In this document: one piece after another, positions 1 to 8,200 of the stretch
How the letters are laid out: each line of letters starts with the position of its first letter
Numbering within the stretch: the first letter of the stretch is position 1
DNA from: an uncultured virus (IMG/VR IMGVR_UViG_3300032288_000917)
Lineage: Duplodnaviria > Heunggongvirae > Uroviricota > Caudoviricetes
IMG/VR virus record: IMGVR_UViG_3300032288_000917
Direction: 5' to 3' (one strand)
DNA length: 23,765 bases
Notes under the pieces: model-generated
The model's database searches: none
Seen by the model: the letters and a program-made list of their open reading frames with translations, nothing else
What the model was told of the DNA's origin: nothing
Translations under genes and position numbers: made by a program

Positions 1-119
1 GGAACTTGACTTGCTACATATGCAACTACAGCAGACTGACTTGGTGCTACCATGTTACTATTTAATGCCATAGTACCATCGGTACTAATTGGTATTGCTT
101 TAGTATATCCTTGTGCCAT
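1..119 (-). CDS. Partial (runs off window) virion fibre-type protein, N-terminus MAQGYTKAIPISTDGTMALNSNMVAPSQSAVVAYVASQV
   Basis: ATG at 119-117 overlaps the TAA of the upstream gene (TAATG) and the frame is open to the window edge. The DGTxAxNSxxxxPSQxAVxxYV pattern is recalled from phage fibre proteins. Not in the ORF track. Confidence 0.75.
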   Translation of the reverse strand, partial: MAQGYTKAIPISTDGTMALNSNMVAPSQSAVVAYVASQV

Positions 120-1396
120 TATCTTATCTCTTTGAATTTCATTGTAAAGTATAAGTCTGTAGCCCCACCTAATCCCTCTGCAGCTATACTAAGTGTGCCA
201 AAATCTCTTTGGTTTCCTAGGGCATCAAGTGTGATTGGGTATTTTGAAGCTATAGCTGTACTTGAAGAGCCACTTCTACCGCCACCTCCTGATGGAGCAT
301 AACCACTGTCTATAATTATTTGAGGTGATACGCCAAATGTACCAGTATAATCAAATTGATAACCAGAATAAAGAGCATTTACATCATTCCATGCTGGACT
401 AACCAAAGAAGCACCAATACCAAGATACCACTGAGCTGCTCTATTACCAGTATTGATAACCTCTATATCAACAAGCGAAAACTTAGACCTGTTTGCATAA
501 CCTCCAAATGTAGATTTTGGCTGTATGGACATTACATGCTGATATATATTTACACCAGCAACTATTGGTGTAGACGCAGTAAAAGTGTAACCAAATCTTT
601 CTGCATCTTCAATTCCACCTTCACTAGACACAGAACAACAGATGAAGTGCATCCTGTCATTCAGGTTTGTAGCCAAAGCAGTCATACCCACCCTTACAGG
701 AAGATTAGCTGTTGCAATGTAAGGAGCAATTAGAGTAGAGTTGTTATTCAAAAACTCATGAGCATATACAATTTGACCATCTATATCAAAGCCAAATCTT
801 ACCCTACCTACATACAGCGCCTGAAAATCTATTACCAAAATCTGAGTTTTAGTTAAATCAAGTGTTGCTTGACTTGGACCACTACCGTCTAGTTTGTCAA
901 TGTTCCAGTTTGCTTGCTGAATAATTTGACTACCAGCTGTAGTAGATGAATATATGGTAAATGCCATTCCAGCAAACCCACCGTCATACTGAAACTCAAA
1001 ACCATTTGTTCCGTCAGATAAACCTACCGATCTTAACGTATCGTTGTTTATAGAACCAGCAGGGAACATATTAAAGGTAATGAATACAAGCTGAGACCTT
1101 CCTGGTTGATAAGGAATGTACTCATAACTCTGCATGTATATAAAATCACCGATATTACCATTATTATTAAATATAATTTCAGCAAGTCTATCTGCAGGTT
1201 GATGATCTGCATAACATCTAGCAGGATCACTTGAATACTCCTCAAAAACAAGAGGACTTAAATCATATGTAAATTGGTTATTGAATATATTCAACGGGTT
1301 ACTAACCCTCAATCTACTAAACGCATCAAGGTTTGCAGAATCCTTAATGGTTATGGAGTTATCAAGTATGGTATATCCTGTGTATCCTTGTGCCAT
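119..1396 (-). CDS. Putative virion structural/receptor-binding protein, beta-rich (possibly lectin-like), 425 aa
   Basis: Long ORF with TAATG coupling at both ends. Contains DAFSRLRVSNP and IDFQALYVGRVRFG motifs recalled from uncharacterised environmental phage proteins. Fold is inferred. Confidence 0.6.
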   Translation of the reverse strand: MAQGYTGYTILDNSITIKDSANLDAFSRLRVSNPLNIFNNQFTYDLSPLVFEEYSSDPARCYADHQPADRLAEIIFNNNGNIGDFIYMQSYEYIPYQPGRSQLVFITFNMFPAGSINNDTLRSVGLSDGTNGFEFQYDGGFAGMAFTIYSSTTAGSQIIQQANWNIDKLDGSGPSQATLDLTKTQILVIDFQALYVGRVRFGFDIDGQIVYAHEFLNNNSTLIAPYIATANLPVRVGMTALATNLNDRMHFICCSVSSEGGIEDAERFGYTFTASTPIVAGVNIYQHVMSIQPKSTFGGYANRSKFSLVDIEVINTGNRAAQWYLGIGASLVSPAWNDVNALYSGYQFDYTGTFGVSPQIIIDSGYAPSGGGGRSGSSSTAIASKYPITLDALGNQRDFGTLSIAAEGLGGATDLYFTMKFKEIR

Positions 1397-1755
1397 TATA
1401 CCGTGTAAATTTCAGATCCAAACAATTGAAAAGCTATACCACTGGCAGATGAACTTTGTACATATACCTCATCAGTCTGCTCAAGTGTTATACCAAATGT
1501 AGCAGCAAATGTATCAGTCTGTGCTATTGTCACATCAAGATACAAGTATTGATATGTAGTTGATGGTGCTCCACCAGCCTTTACAATAGCCACACTAAAC
1601 TTCTCGTTTGAGCCAAGAGAATTGCATACAGTTAATGTACTGCACACAGCTTCTGTCCTTGTGAATCCACCTCCACTAGGAACAGTGTATAGTAAGTCCC
1701 AACCACCAGTGCCCTCTATCTGACCCAATACTTTGTATTCTACTTTATTTGGCAT
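1396..1755 (-). CDS. Small beta-sandwich virion accessory protein, 119 aa
   Basis: YKVLGQ...LYTVPS...STLTVCN...LFGSEI pattern recalled from small phage tail-region proteins; coupled to both neighbours. Confidence 0.6.
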   Translation of the reverse strand: MPNKVEYKVLGQIEGTGGWDLLYTVPSGGGFTRTEAVCSTLTVCNSLGSNEKFSVAIVKAGGAPSTTYQYLYLDVTIAQTDTFAATFGITLEQTDEVYVQSSSASGIAFQLFGSEIYTV

Positions 1756-1756
1756 A

Positions 1757-2455
1757 TTATCCTCCCATTAGTAAGAATGGTGAAACTACTGTACTTATTT
1801 CAAAATTAGGTGATGTACCATCTACTATAACATCACCTGTTCTACCTGTAATAGCTACCCCACTTGCAGGACTAGTATTATTTATTGTAATAGATCCTGC
1901 TGCATTAGTTATACTAATATCAGTACCTGCAGTTATAGTAGACAAGGTATAACCTGTACCATTACCTATAAGCACTTGACCATTTGTTGGAGTTGTGCTA
2001 AGGCCAGTACCCCCATTTGCAACTACTAAAGTACCTGCAAGAGTTACTGCACCTGAAGTAGGAGCTGCAGGAGTTAACCCTGTAGTACCACCTGAAAATG
2101 TAGTAACGCCTCCTCCACCTCCTCCAGGACCATTGATCCAGATATTATTTATTGCATCATATGTAAGTACATCTCCAGGTGCAGGAGCTGTAATAGTAAC
2201 ATCTGCTAAATCATCTAAAGTTATAGCTGCTATAAGATTAGTGACATATGCAGTAAGATCTGTTTGGTTAAGAATATCTCCAGATATGTTACCCCAAGTA
2301 AGAGTTATATCTAATCCATCAGAAGTAGCAACTACCTCTTGCTTTTTTAAACGACCGTCTTTCTGTCCTATATATACAGTACCATCCTTGCCAAGATATT
2401 TATAATTAAGCTTAGCAAGTTTATTAGTATGTATGTATGAGATATTATCAGCCAT
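1757..2455 (-). CDS. Tail-fibre-like protein, 232 aa
   Basis: G/T-rich sequence with LDDLADVTITAPAPGDVLTYD, a poly-Gly hinge and GTLVVANGGTG fibre motifs. Confidence 0.65.
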   Translation of the reverse strand: MADNISYIHTNKLAKLNYKYLGKDGTVYIGQKDGRLKKQEVVATSDGLDITLTWGNISGDILNQTDLTAYVTNLIAAITLDDLADVTITAPAPGDVLTYDAINNIWINGPGGGGGGVTTFSGGTTGLTPAAPTSGAVTLAGTLVVANGGTGLSTTPTNGQVLIGNGTGYTLSTITAGTDISITNAAGSITINNTSPASGVAITGRTGDVIVDGTSPNFEISTVVSPFLLMGG

Positions 2456-3171
2456 TAAGTGAAATTCAATGTTACTATATCTAATAAGATATTACCTGCA
2501 GTCACATTGTATATACGTACTTCCTCTTGCATAAAACTTCCTGAGTAGCAACAAGAAAAATTAGCACGTATAGCTATAAAATCATTAGGAGATACATTAG
2601 CAATAATATTGTTTAAGTACTGAAGCTTATAAATAGCACCTCCCCATTGTGGCACACTATTTACACAAAAGAATACTTCAATATTTGTATCAAATAAACC
2701 TACTCTTTCAAACTCTAAATCTATAGGTTTACTCATTCCAATCATTGATTTGAAAGGAGTAATAGCTGTAAAACCTGCTGTTGCAAACCCATAAGCATCA
2801 GGAAAATCTGATGAAGTAGGAGTATCAGTAACTGTAGAAGTAACTATATTATCAAACGTAGCTATTATTGCAGCAGGACTAGCAGATAGGTTAGTTAAAG
2901 TTACAGGCTCTGTTACATCAAAAGGACTAGGACTTATAATCTCTACTCCAAAATTTAAAAAATGATTTGGAGCTACAATTATTTCTATTGTATCAGGCGC
3001 AAGCTTAAAGTCTAGTAAAGTACTTGGAGCTACGTTAGAATCAAAAATTAAAGGTTCAGGAGTTACACGAAAATATAATTGAGTATCTACATTAGCATAC
3101 GATATTTGTATTACAATAGGAGCATCAATTTCTGTAATCCTAGAAGAAGTATATCCGTAAGTAAGAGACAT
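2455..3171 (-). CDS. Repeat-domain adhesin, C-terminal part (about two repeat units), 238 aa; start revised to MSLTYGY
   Basis: ATG at 3171 lies 1 nt after the upstream TGA. Contains the same repeat unit as 3173..6310 (LYFRV, V.PN.F..F, RIYNVTAGNILLD). Confidence 0.7.
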   Translation of the reverse strand: MSLTYGYTSSRITEIDAPIVIQISYANVDTQLYFRVTPEPLIFDSNVAPSTLLDFKLAPDTIEIIVAPNHFLNFGVEIISPSPFDVTEPVTLTNLSASPAAIIATFDNIVTSTVTDTPTSSDFPDAYGFATAGFTAITPFKSMIGMSKPIDLEFERVGLFDTNIEVFFCVNSVPQWGGAIYKLQYLNNIIANVSPNDFIAIRANFSCCYSGSFMQEEVRIYNVTAGNILLDIVTLNFT

Positions 3172-3172
3172 A

Positions 3173-6100
3173 TCAATAATTATTAGTAGGATTATTAAAG
3201 CTTGTAGTACCAGGATTAGGATCACTACCTGCAAATGCAGTATTCCATGTCACAGAGAAAGTATCTAAAGTTACATTTCCTCCTGATTGATTGTTTACTG
3301 TTAAAGTAGTACTACCTCCTAACTGTATATCTTGAACTATAGCTATAGCCATATACATACCATTTTGTACAGGAGTAGTTACAAGAGTGTCAGCTGGATA
3401 TGTAAACGCAGGATAACTTGCAGAAGGAGTAAATATACTTGCTCCTGGAATAACATTGTCTGTTGCTATTCTAACAAATCCTTGGTTACCTGGATGTGTA
3501 GTACTAGTTATTGTAAAAGGTGTAAGAGAGTATTTATAAAATACTGTAAATCCAGCTGAAGAACTATAAGTTTCTATACTCCAATTTAATGTATTTGTAA
3601 CATCTTTTACTTGCAAGACTTGAGTAAATCCATATTTTCCATCTACTTGATTACCTATTATAATATCATTAAAATTTATAGTATTAGGAATTACATCAGC
3701 AACATTTTGTAATTGAGTAGTACAAGTAGTAGCTTGTTCTGCCACTCCACTAGGTGTTACATACGTTTTTTTTACAGATCCATTACTAGAAAAAGAAGTT
3801 GCAGATATAGGATATACACTAGAAGTAGGTACTATTTCTATAAATAAATCTGCAGGTAAAGAAGCGTTATTAAAATAAGTATCTAGTCCTAATACACGAT
3901 TATTAATAGTAAGTACGCCATTTACAAATGTAAAAGATCCAGATAGTAACCTAGTATAATAAGGCACAGTAGCTGGATCTAAGAAAGGATCAAATGCAGG
4001 AGAAGCTGTACCTGTGTAAATTCTATAATAAAGTTGTATTTGTCCTGTAAAGTTTATTACACTGTAAACATTAAAAGGATAATTAAAGGTAGTACCACTT
4101 TTTAAAGATAATCTAACTATAGCAGCAGCTCTTTTATAACCATCTATTCCAGGACCTAATTGATTAGGATATGGAGTTTTATTAATACTAGCTGTACTAG
4201 CTATTACAGCATTAGCTGAATTATTATCAGGATAAACAAATGCTGTAAATGTACCTAATGTAGTATTAGTAGTAACAGAGTTTACTGTAATAACATACCC
4301 TCCAAAATTTACAACTTCTCCTGTAGTACTTGTATAACTTACGGCAAATTGTAAATATTGTCCTATAGCTACAGAAATTGTACCTCCACTATTTATAGCT
4401 ATAAATAAAGGACTTGTTGCAGTAGGATTATTATTACTTGGAGGTAAAGTATTTGTAGCGCTTACTCTATAATAAAGTTGGACATAACTAGGTGCGTTAT
4501 GCTGTATTTGAAGAGTAAACGGTCCACCAGAACCAGATATTAAATTACTTGAGTATAACCAAGAAGGACTAGTAAAATTGGGAATAACTTGATCTTGGTT
4601 AACATTAGCAAACGAGGCATTTATAGAAGTTACAGCTGCAAAAGTAATTACAGTATTAGCTAATAATGTACTAGTAGTATTATTATTAATATTTAAATTA
4701 ATATTAGTAGAAACAGTATTTGTAGGATAACTTCCCCAATCTAAAAACCATGTAACGTATTGACCGTTAGTTACAGTAATAGGTCCTGTGTATACATTAA
4801 AAGGAGGTGATTGAGCTGCCGCAGGAGAAGCTGCATTATAATCAATTCCTGCTACTAAAGGTGCAGCTGTTACAGCATACCAAACTACTAAAGTATTTGT
4901 ACCAAAAACTGCAGGATTTGTAGGAATAGGATTAGCAGATAAAGTAATAGGTTGATTAATCCCTGTAATTTGAGCGCTAGAAGTATAAATCCAAGGATCT
5001 AAAATAGATTGATTAGTACTATAATTTCCCCATGATACAGTATTAGGAGTATAATCAGGTCCTTGGACTAAAGAGACTTGTACAGTATTTACTAAAGTCC
5101 CACCTAAGCTATTATTATACACATAGAATTGACCGTTTGTTACTGCATTTACAACAGGTACTGTAGTAAATGATACAGTAGTTCCAGTAAATACTGTAAA
5201 AGTAGATCCTGTAGCACCAAAAGGAACTAGTGTCCAGTTAGGATCTGTAGTAACATCTAACAATTCATTAAAAGGTCCAATAGCTGTAGTACTGTAATAA
5301 ATATCTGCCTCTACTACGTCTGTATTTTTCACAGTAATACTTGCACCACTTGTACCTAATGAGTTAGCAGGTATAATTTGTGAAGCAAAAGTTTTTGAAA
5401 ATCCTTGTCCTACATAAGCAGGAAATTGTGCACTTACAGAAGTCCAACCAGCACTAAAATTTAATTTAGATAAAGTAGTAGCAGTAAAAGAATCTAATAA
5501 AACATTATTATTTGATGCATTACGAATATTAAAAACTGTAGTACTTAAACCTATTGAAGGCCCGTTAGCAGTAAAAGTAATATATGAACCATTATTTACT
5601 GTAATATTTACACCTGGTACCCATCTTACAAATCCTTCAGAATTATTATCGAATAATACTAAACTTGAACTAAATGTAGGAGGGGCTAATGGAGATACTC
5701 TATACCATAAAGTGGACACTTCTGCTGAAGAACTAGTTATAGATAACTCAATAAGAGTGTTAATACCATTAATCTGTTGAGTAGTATACTGCCTTGTAAT
5801 GCTAGGATTAGTAGTAGGATCAAAAGTAATATCACTCCAATTTACTGCGTCAGGAGTTACATCTGAAGCAATACTATTTACAGTTACTGAAAAAGAGTCA
5901 ATAAAAGTAGCATCATCATACACAGTTACTAACTCAATAGCTGATTGAGCTGGAACTGCTTGAGAAAATATTTCTACTCCAAACGTAACATAATCTAAAT
6001 CATTTACTAGGATAAAATCTCCAGGTGCTACATACACCATGTTAGTAACTCCATCTATTAAAATACTAGAAGGGGGAGTACCTGACGCACTAGATAAAAA

Positions 6101-6310
6101 GTTTGTAGGGCTTACAAAAGCATACACACGAGCTAAAATATTATTATACTGAATAGTAAGTTTTCCTGTAGCAGGAGCAGGAGTTACTTGCTGAGAAGTA
6201 TAAGTATATAAAGCTGTAGAATCATTTCCTTCAATATCACTCCAGTTAGCAGTAATAGGAGGAGGAGGTACAGGCGCAGACGTCTGTGATAGTATCCCTA
6301 TTTTAAACAT
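3173..6310 (-). CDS. Large T/S/N-rich repeat adhesin or fibre with about 7 tandem ~130-150 aa beta-sandwich-like units, 1045 aa
   Basis: Recurring unit DxTPxxVxW...YTxxQIxGIN...LxYRVS...ITVxNGxYxxF...NxxxxxLLxxF seen several times in the translation. Confidence 0.7.
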   Translation of the reverse strand: MFKIGILSQTSAPVPPPPITANWSDIEGNDSTALYTYTSQQVTPAPATGKLTIQYNNILARVYAFVSPTNFLSSASGTPPSSILIDGVTNMVYVAPGDFILVNDLDYVTFGVEIFSQAVPAQSAIELVTVYDDATFIDSFSVTVNSIASDVTPDAVNWSDITFDPTTNPSITRQYTTQQINGINTLIELSITSSSAEVSTLWYRVSPLAPPTFSSSLVLFDNNSEGFVRWVPGVNITVNNGSYITFTANGPSIGLSTTVFNIRNASNNNVLLDSFTATTLSKLNFSAGWTSVSAQFPAYVGQGFSKTFASQIIPANSLGTSGASITVKNTDVVEADIYYSTTAIGPFNELLDVTTDPNWTLVPFGATGSTFTVFTGTTVSFTTVPVVNAVTNGQFYVYNNSLGGTLVNTVQVSLVQGPDYTPNTVSWGNYSTNQSILDPWIYTSSAQITGINQPITLSANPIPTNPAVFGTNTLVVWYAVTAAPLVAGIDYNAASPAAAQSPPFNVYTGPITVTNGQYVTWFLDWGSYPTNTVSTNINLNINNNTTSTLLANTVITFAAVTSINASFANVNQDQVIPNFTSPSWLYSSNLISGSGGPFTLQIQHNAPSYVQLYYRVSATNTLPPSNNNPTATSPLFIAINSGGTISVAIGQYLQFAVSYTSTTGEVVNFGGYVITVNSVTTNTTLGTFTAFVYPDNNSANAVIASTASINKTPYPNQLGPGIDGYKRAAAIVRLSLKSGTTFNYPFNVYSVINFTGQIQLYYRIYTGTASPAFDPFLDPATVPYYTRLLSGSFTFVNGVLTINNRVLGLDTYFNNASLPADLFIEIVPTSSVYPISATSFSSNGSVKKTYVTPSGVAEQATTCTTQLQNVADVIPNTINFNDIIIGNQVDGKYGFTQVLQVKDVTNTLNWSIETYSSSAGFTVFYKYSLTPFTITSTTHPGNQGFVRIATDNVIPGASIFTPSASYPAFTYPADTLVTTPVQNGMYMAIAIVQDIQLGGSTTLTVNNQSGGNVTLDTFSVTWNTAFAGSDPNPGTTSFNNPTNNY

Positions 6311-6311
6311 G

Positions 6312-6653
6312 TTATGTCAAATCTCCAATAATAGTCCAAGCATTATCAAAAGTCTTAATCATAGTAGCGCCTGTATATTGACTAGCTAAGGTCAAAGCTC
6401 CAGCTTTACTATTTAAGGTAGTACCAGACGCAGCAAATGAAATAGCCCCTGTACTATAATTGATAATGTCAATTTGAGTTCCTACTAAAGTATCTAGTGC
6501 AGGTAAAGTTACTGCACAAGGATTCATAAATACTAAAACTTTACCTGTGTCATCTGAATTCATTATATAAGTAGCTACACTAACTACTTTAATAGTATTT
6601 ATAAATTCTATATGCTCAGGGTAATCTCTTGTTTTAACAGATGAAAGACTCAT
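6312..6653 (-). CDS. Small fibre-associated protein, 113 aa
   Basis: TYxxxxxDxGKxL...VTLP...W.IIGDL pattern recalled from phage fibre modules; 1-nt spacing to neighbours. Confidence 0.6.
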   Translation of the reverse strand: MSLSSVKTRDYPEHIEFINTIKVVSVATYIMNSDDTGKVLVFMNPCAVTLPALDTLVGTQIDIINYSTGAISFAASGTTLNSKAGALTLASQYTGATMIKTFDNAWTIIGDLT

Positions 6654-6654
6654 T

Positions 6655-8199
6655 TTATTTTATAGTATAAATGTTATAATAAACTTTAGTTTTTAGTGTA
6701 CCGTTACCACCCAGTGGTGTTGTAGAGCCAACAGGTGAAGAAAGAGTTACTGCAGTATTATTAGGACTAATAAATAAATTTGTAGAGGCACTAGCGTTTA
6801 AAAATACACTAGAATTTGCACTAAATACACTAGTAGTTTTAAGTGTATCTACAGGAAAAGTAGCTAAAAGTTGGTTACCATAGCGTAATTCATAAGGTAA
6901 CGAAGGATCAGTAAATAGTATGCTACCCTCTTTAAATTCAAAAATTACTTTAAAATCGTAGTATGTATTAGGATTTGATAATTGTGGTAATATTGTTAAA
7001 GGAAAATCTTTCATAATCTCTATGTCACTAGTTAAAAATACACGCTCTCCATAATAATCATAGCCATTAAAATGCACATTATTAGCAATAGTCGTATAAT
7101 CTAGTGCCCCACCTTCTCCTTTTATAACACTATCCCTAAAATCTAAAGAAGTAATTGTAGGAATTAAACGTCTAGTATAAGAAAAAGCACCATCACCACT
7201 AGTACTCCAATTTGTAAATTCTACAGTATAATAGTATCCAGTAGCTTGATCTAACATGACAAGTTCTAAATTATCTGGTATATTAATAACATCATCAGCT
7301 AAAGCTCCCCATAGATTACCATAAACTCTATTTTTAATAGTAGTTAAATTAGACCAACCGTTATAGTTTTCTCGATTATCTGTGTGTCTACTATTCCACA
7401 AAACTCCTATAGGAGAACCAGGAAATTGATAAGGAGGAGGAGGTACGGATGCATAAGTAACTTTAGTTTCTTTATATGCATTGTATAAAAGATCATTATC
7501 AACATTATCTCTTTTTAATGCTGTACCTGGACTAATTATATCTATTGTATCAGGACTATTAGGAGGTCTTACAAAATCAGTTTTAAGAAAAATTTCCCAT
7601 CTATCATAAGCAAAACTTCTGTTTGCTATATTACCTTGCCCCCAATCTTTAAATTTAATTAACCAGTATCTATCGCTAGGAGTATGCTTCATTACAAACT
7701 CTAACTCTTGCATTACCATTGAAGGTGGTACAGACCCCCATCCTGCAGTTTCAAACGAATCTATCCAAATAGCAAAGTCAAAGTTTTTTGCATTTGATAC
7801 TGCTACCCATCCGTAATTAATACCAGAATTTTTACTATAACTACTAATTTCATCTGTAGGCTTTAGTTTAGAAGACCATAAAGTATTTAGAGGACTTACA
7901 CTATAATTATAAACAGATTCTACTGCAATATTTATAAGACCTCCACCACCACTATCAGGTCTAGTAAGTTCTAAAACTCCAGGAATAATAACATCTTTTT
8001 CTAAACCTGTAGCACTTTTTGCAAAAGATACTTTAGGTCCTAATGTGCCTTCTACAAAATCAGATTTAAAAATACCTCCAGCAGCACTCATACTATTTAA
8101 TGAGTCTACTATAGCGTTTAAATGCCCTAATTGAGCTACCTGAGCATCATTAGAAGTTTTAATGTACCTCTCAGCATTTGTTTTTGTAAATTTTTCCAT
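6655..8199 (-). CDS. Putative receptor-binding/virion protein with shared N-terminal anchor and an internally duplicated ~145 aa domain, 514 aa; start revised to MEKFTK
   Basis: ATG at 8199 is 1 nt after the upstream TAA. The N-terminus aligns with that of the 839 aa protein. Two copies of D.I.PG..L.R...L.N...E...SP...LW.S...GW...LE.VM...Y...F..W...F.Y.R. Confidence 0.7.
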   Translation of the reverse strand: MEKFTKTNAERYIKTSNDAQVAQLGHLNAIVDSLNSMSAAGGIFKSDFVEGTLGPKVSFAKSATGLEKDVIIPGVLELTRPDSGGGGLINIAVESVYNYSVSPLNTLWSSKLKPTDEISSYSKNSGINYGWVAVSNAKNFDFAIWIDSFETAGWGSVPPSMVMQELEFVMKHTPSDRYWLIKFKDWGQGNIANRSFAYDRWEIFLKTDFVRPPNSPDTIDIISPGTALKRDNVDNDLLYNAYKETKVTYASVPPPPYQFPGSPIGVLWNSRHTDNRENYNGWSNLTTIKNRVYGNLWGALADDVINIPDNLELVMLDQATGYYYTVEFTNWSTSGDGAFSYTRRLIPTITSLDFRDSVIKGEGGALDYTTIANNVHFNGYDYYGERVFLTSDIEIMKDFPLTILPQLSNPNTYYDFKVIFEFKEGSILFTDPSLPYELRYGNQLLATFPVDTLKTTSVFSANSSVFLNASASTNLFISPNNTAVTLSSPVGSTTPLGGNGTLKTKVYYNIYTIK

Positions 8200-8200
8200 A

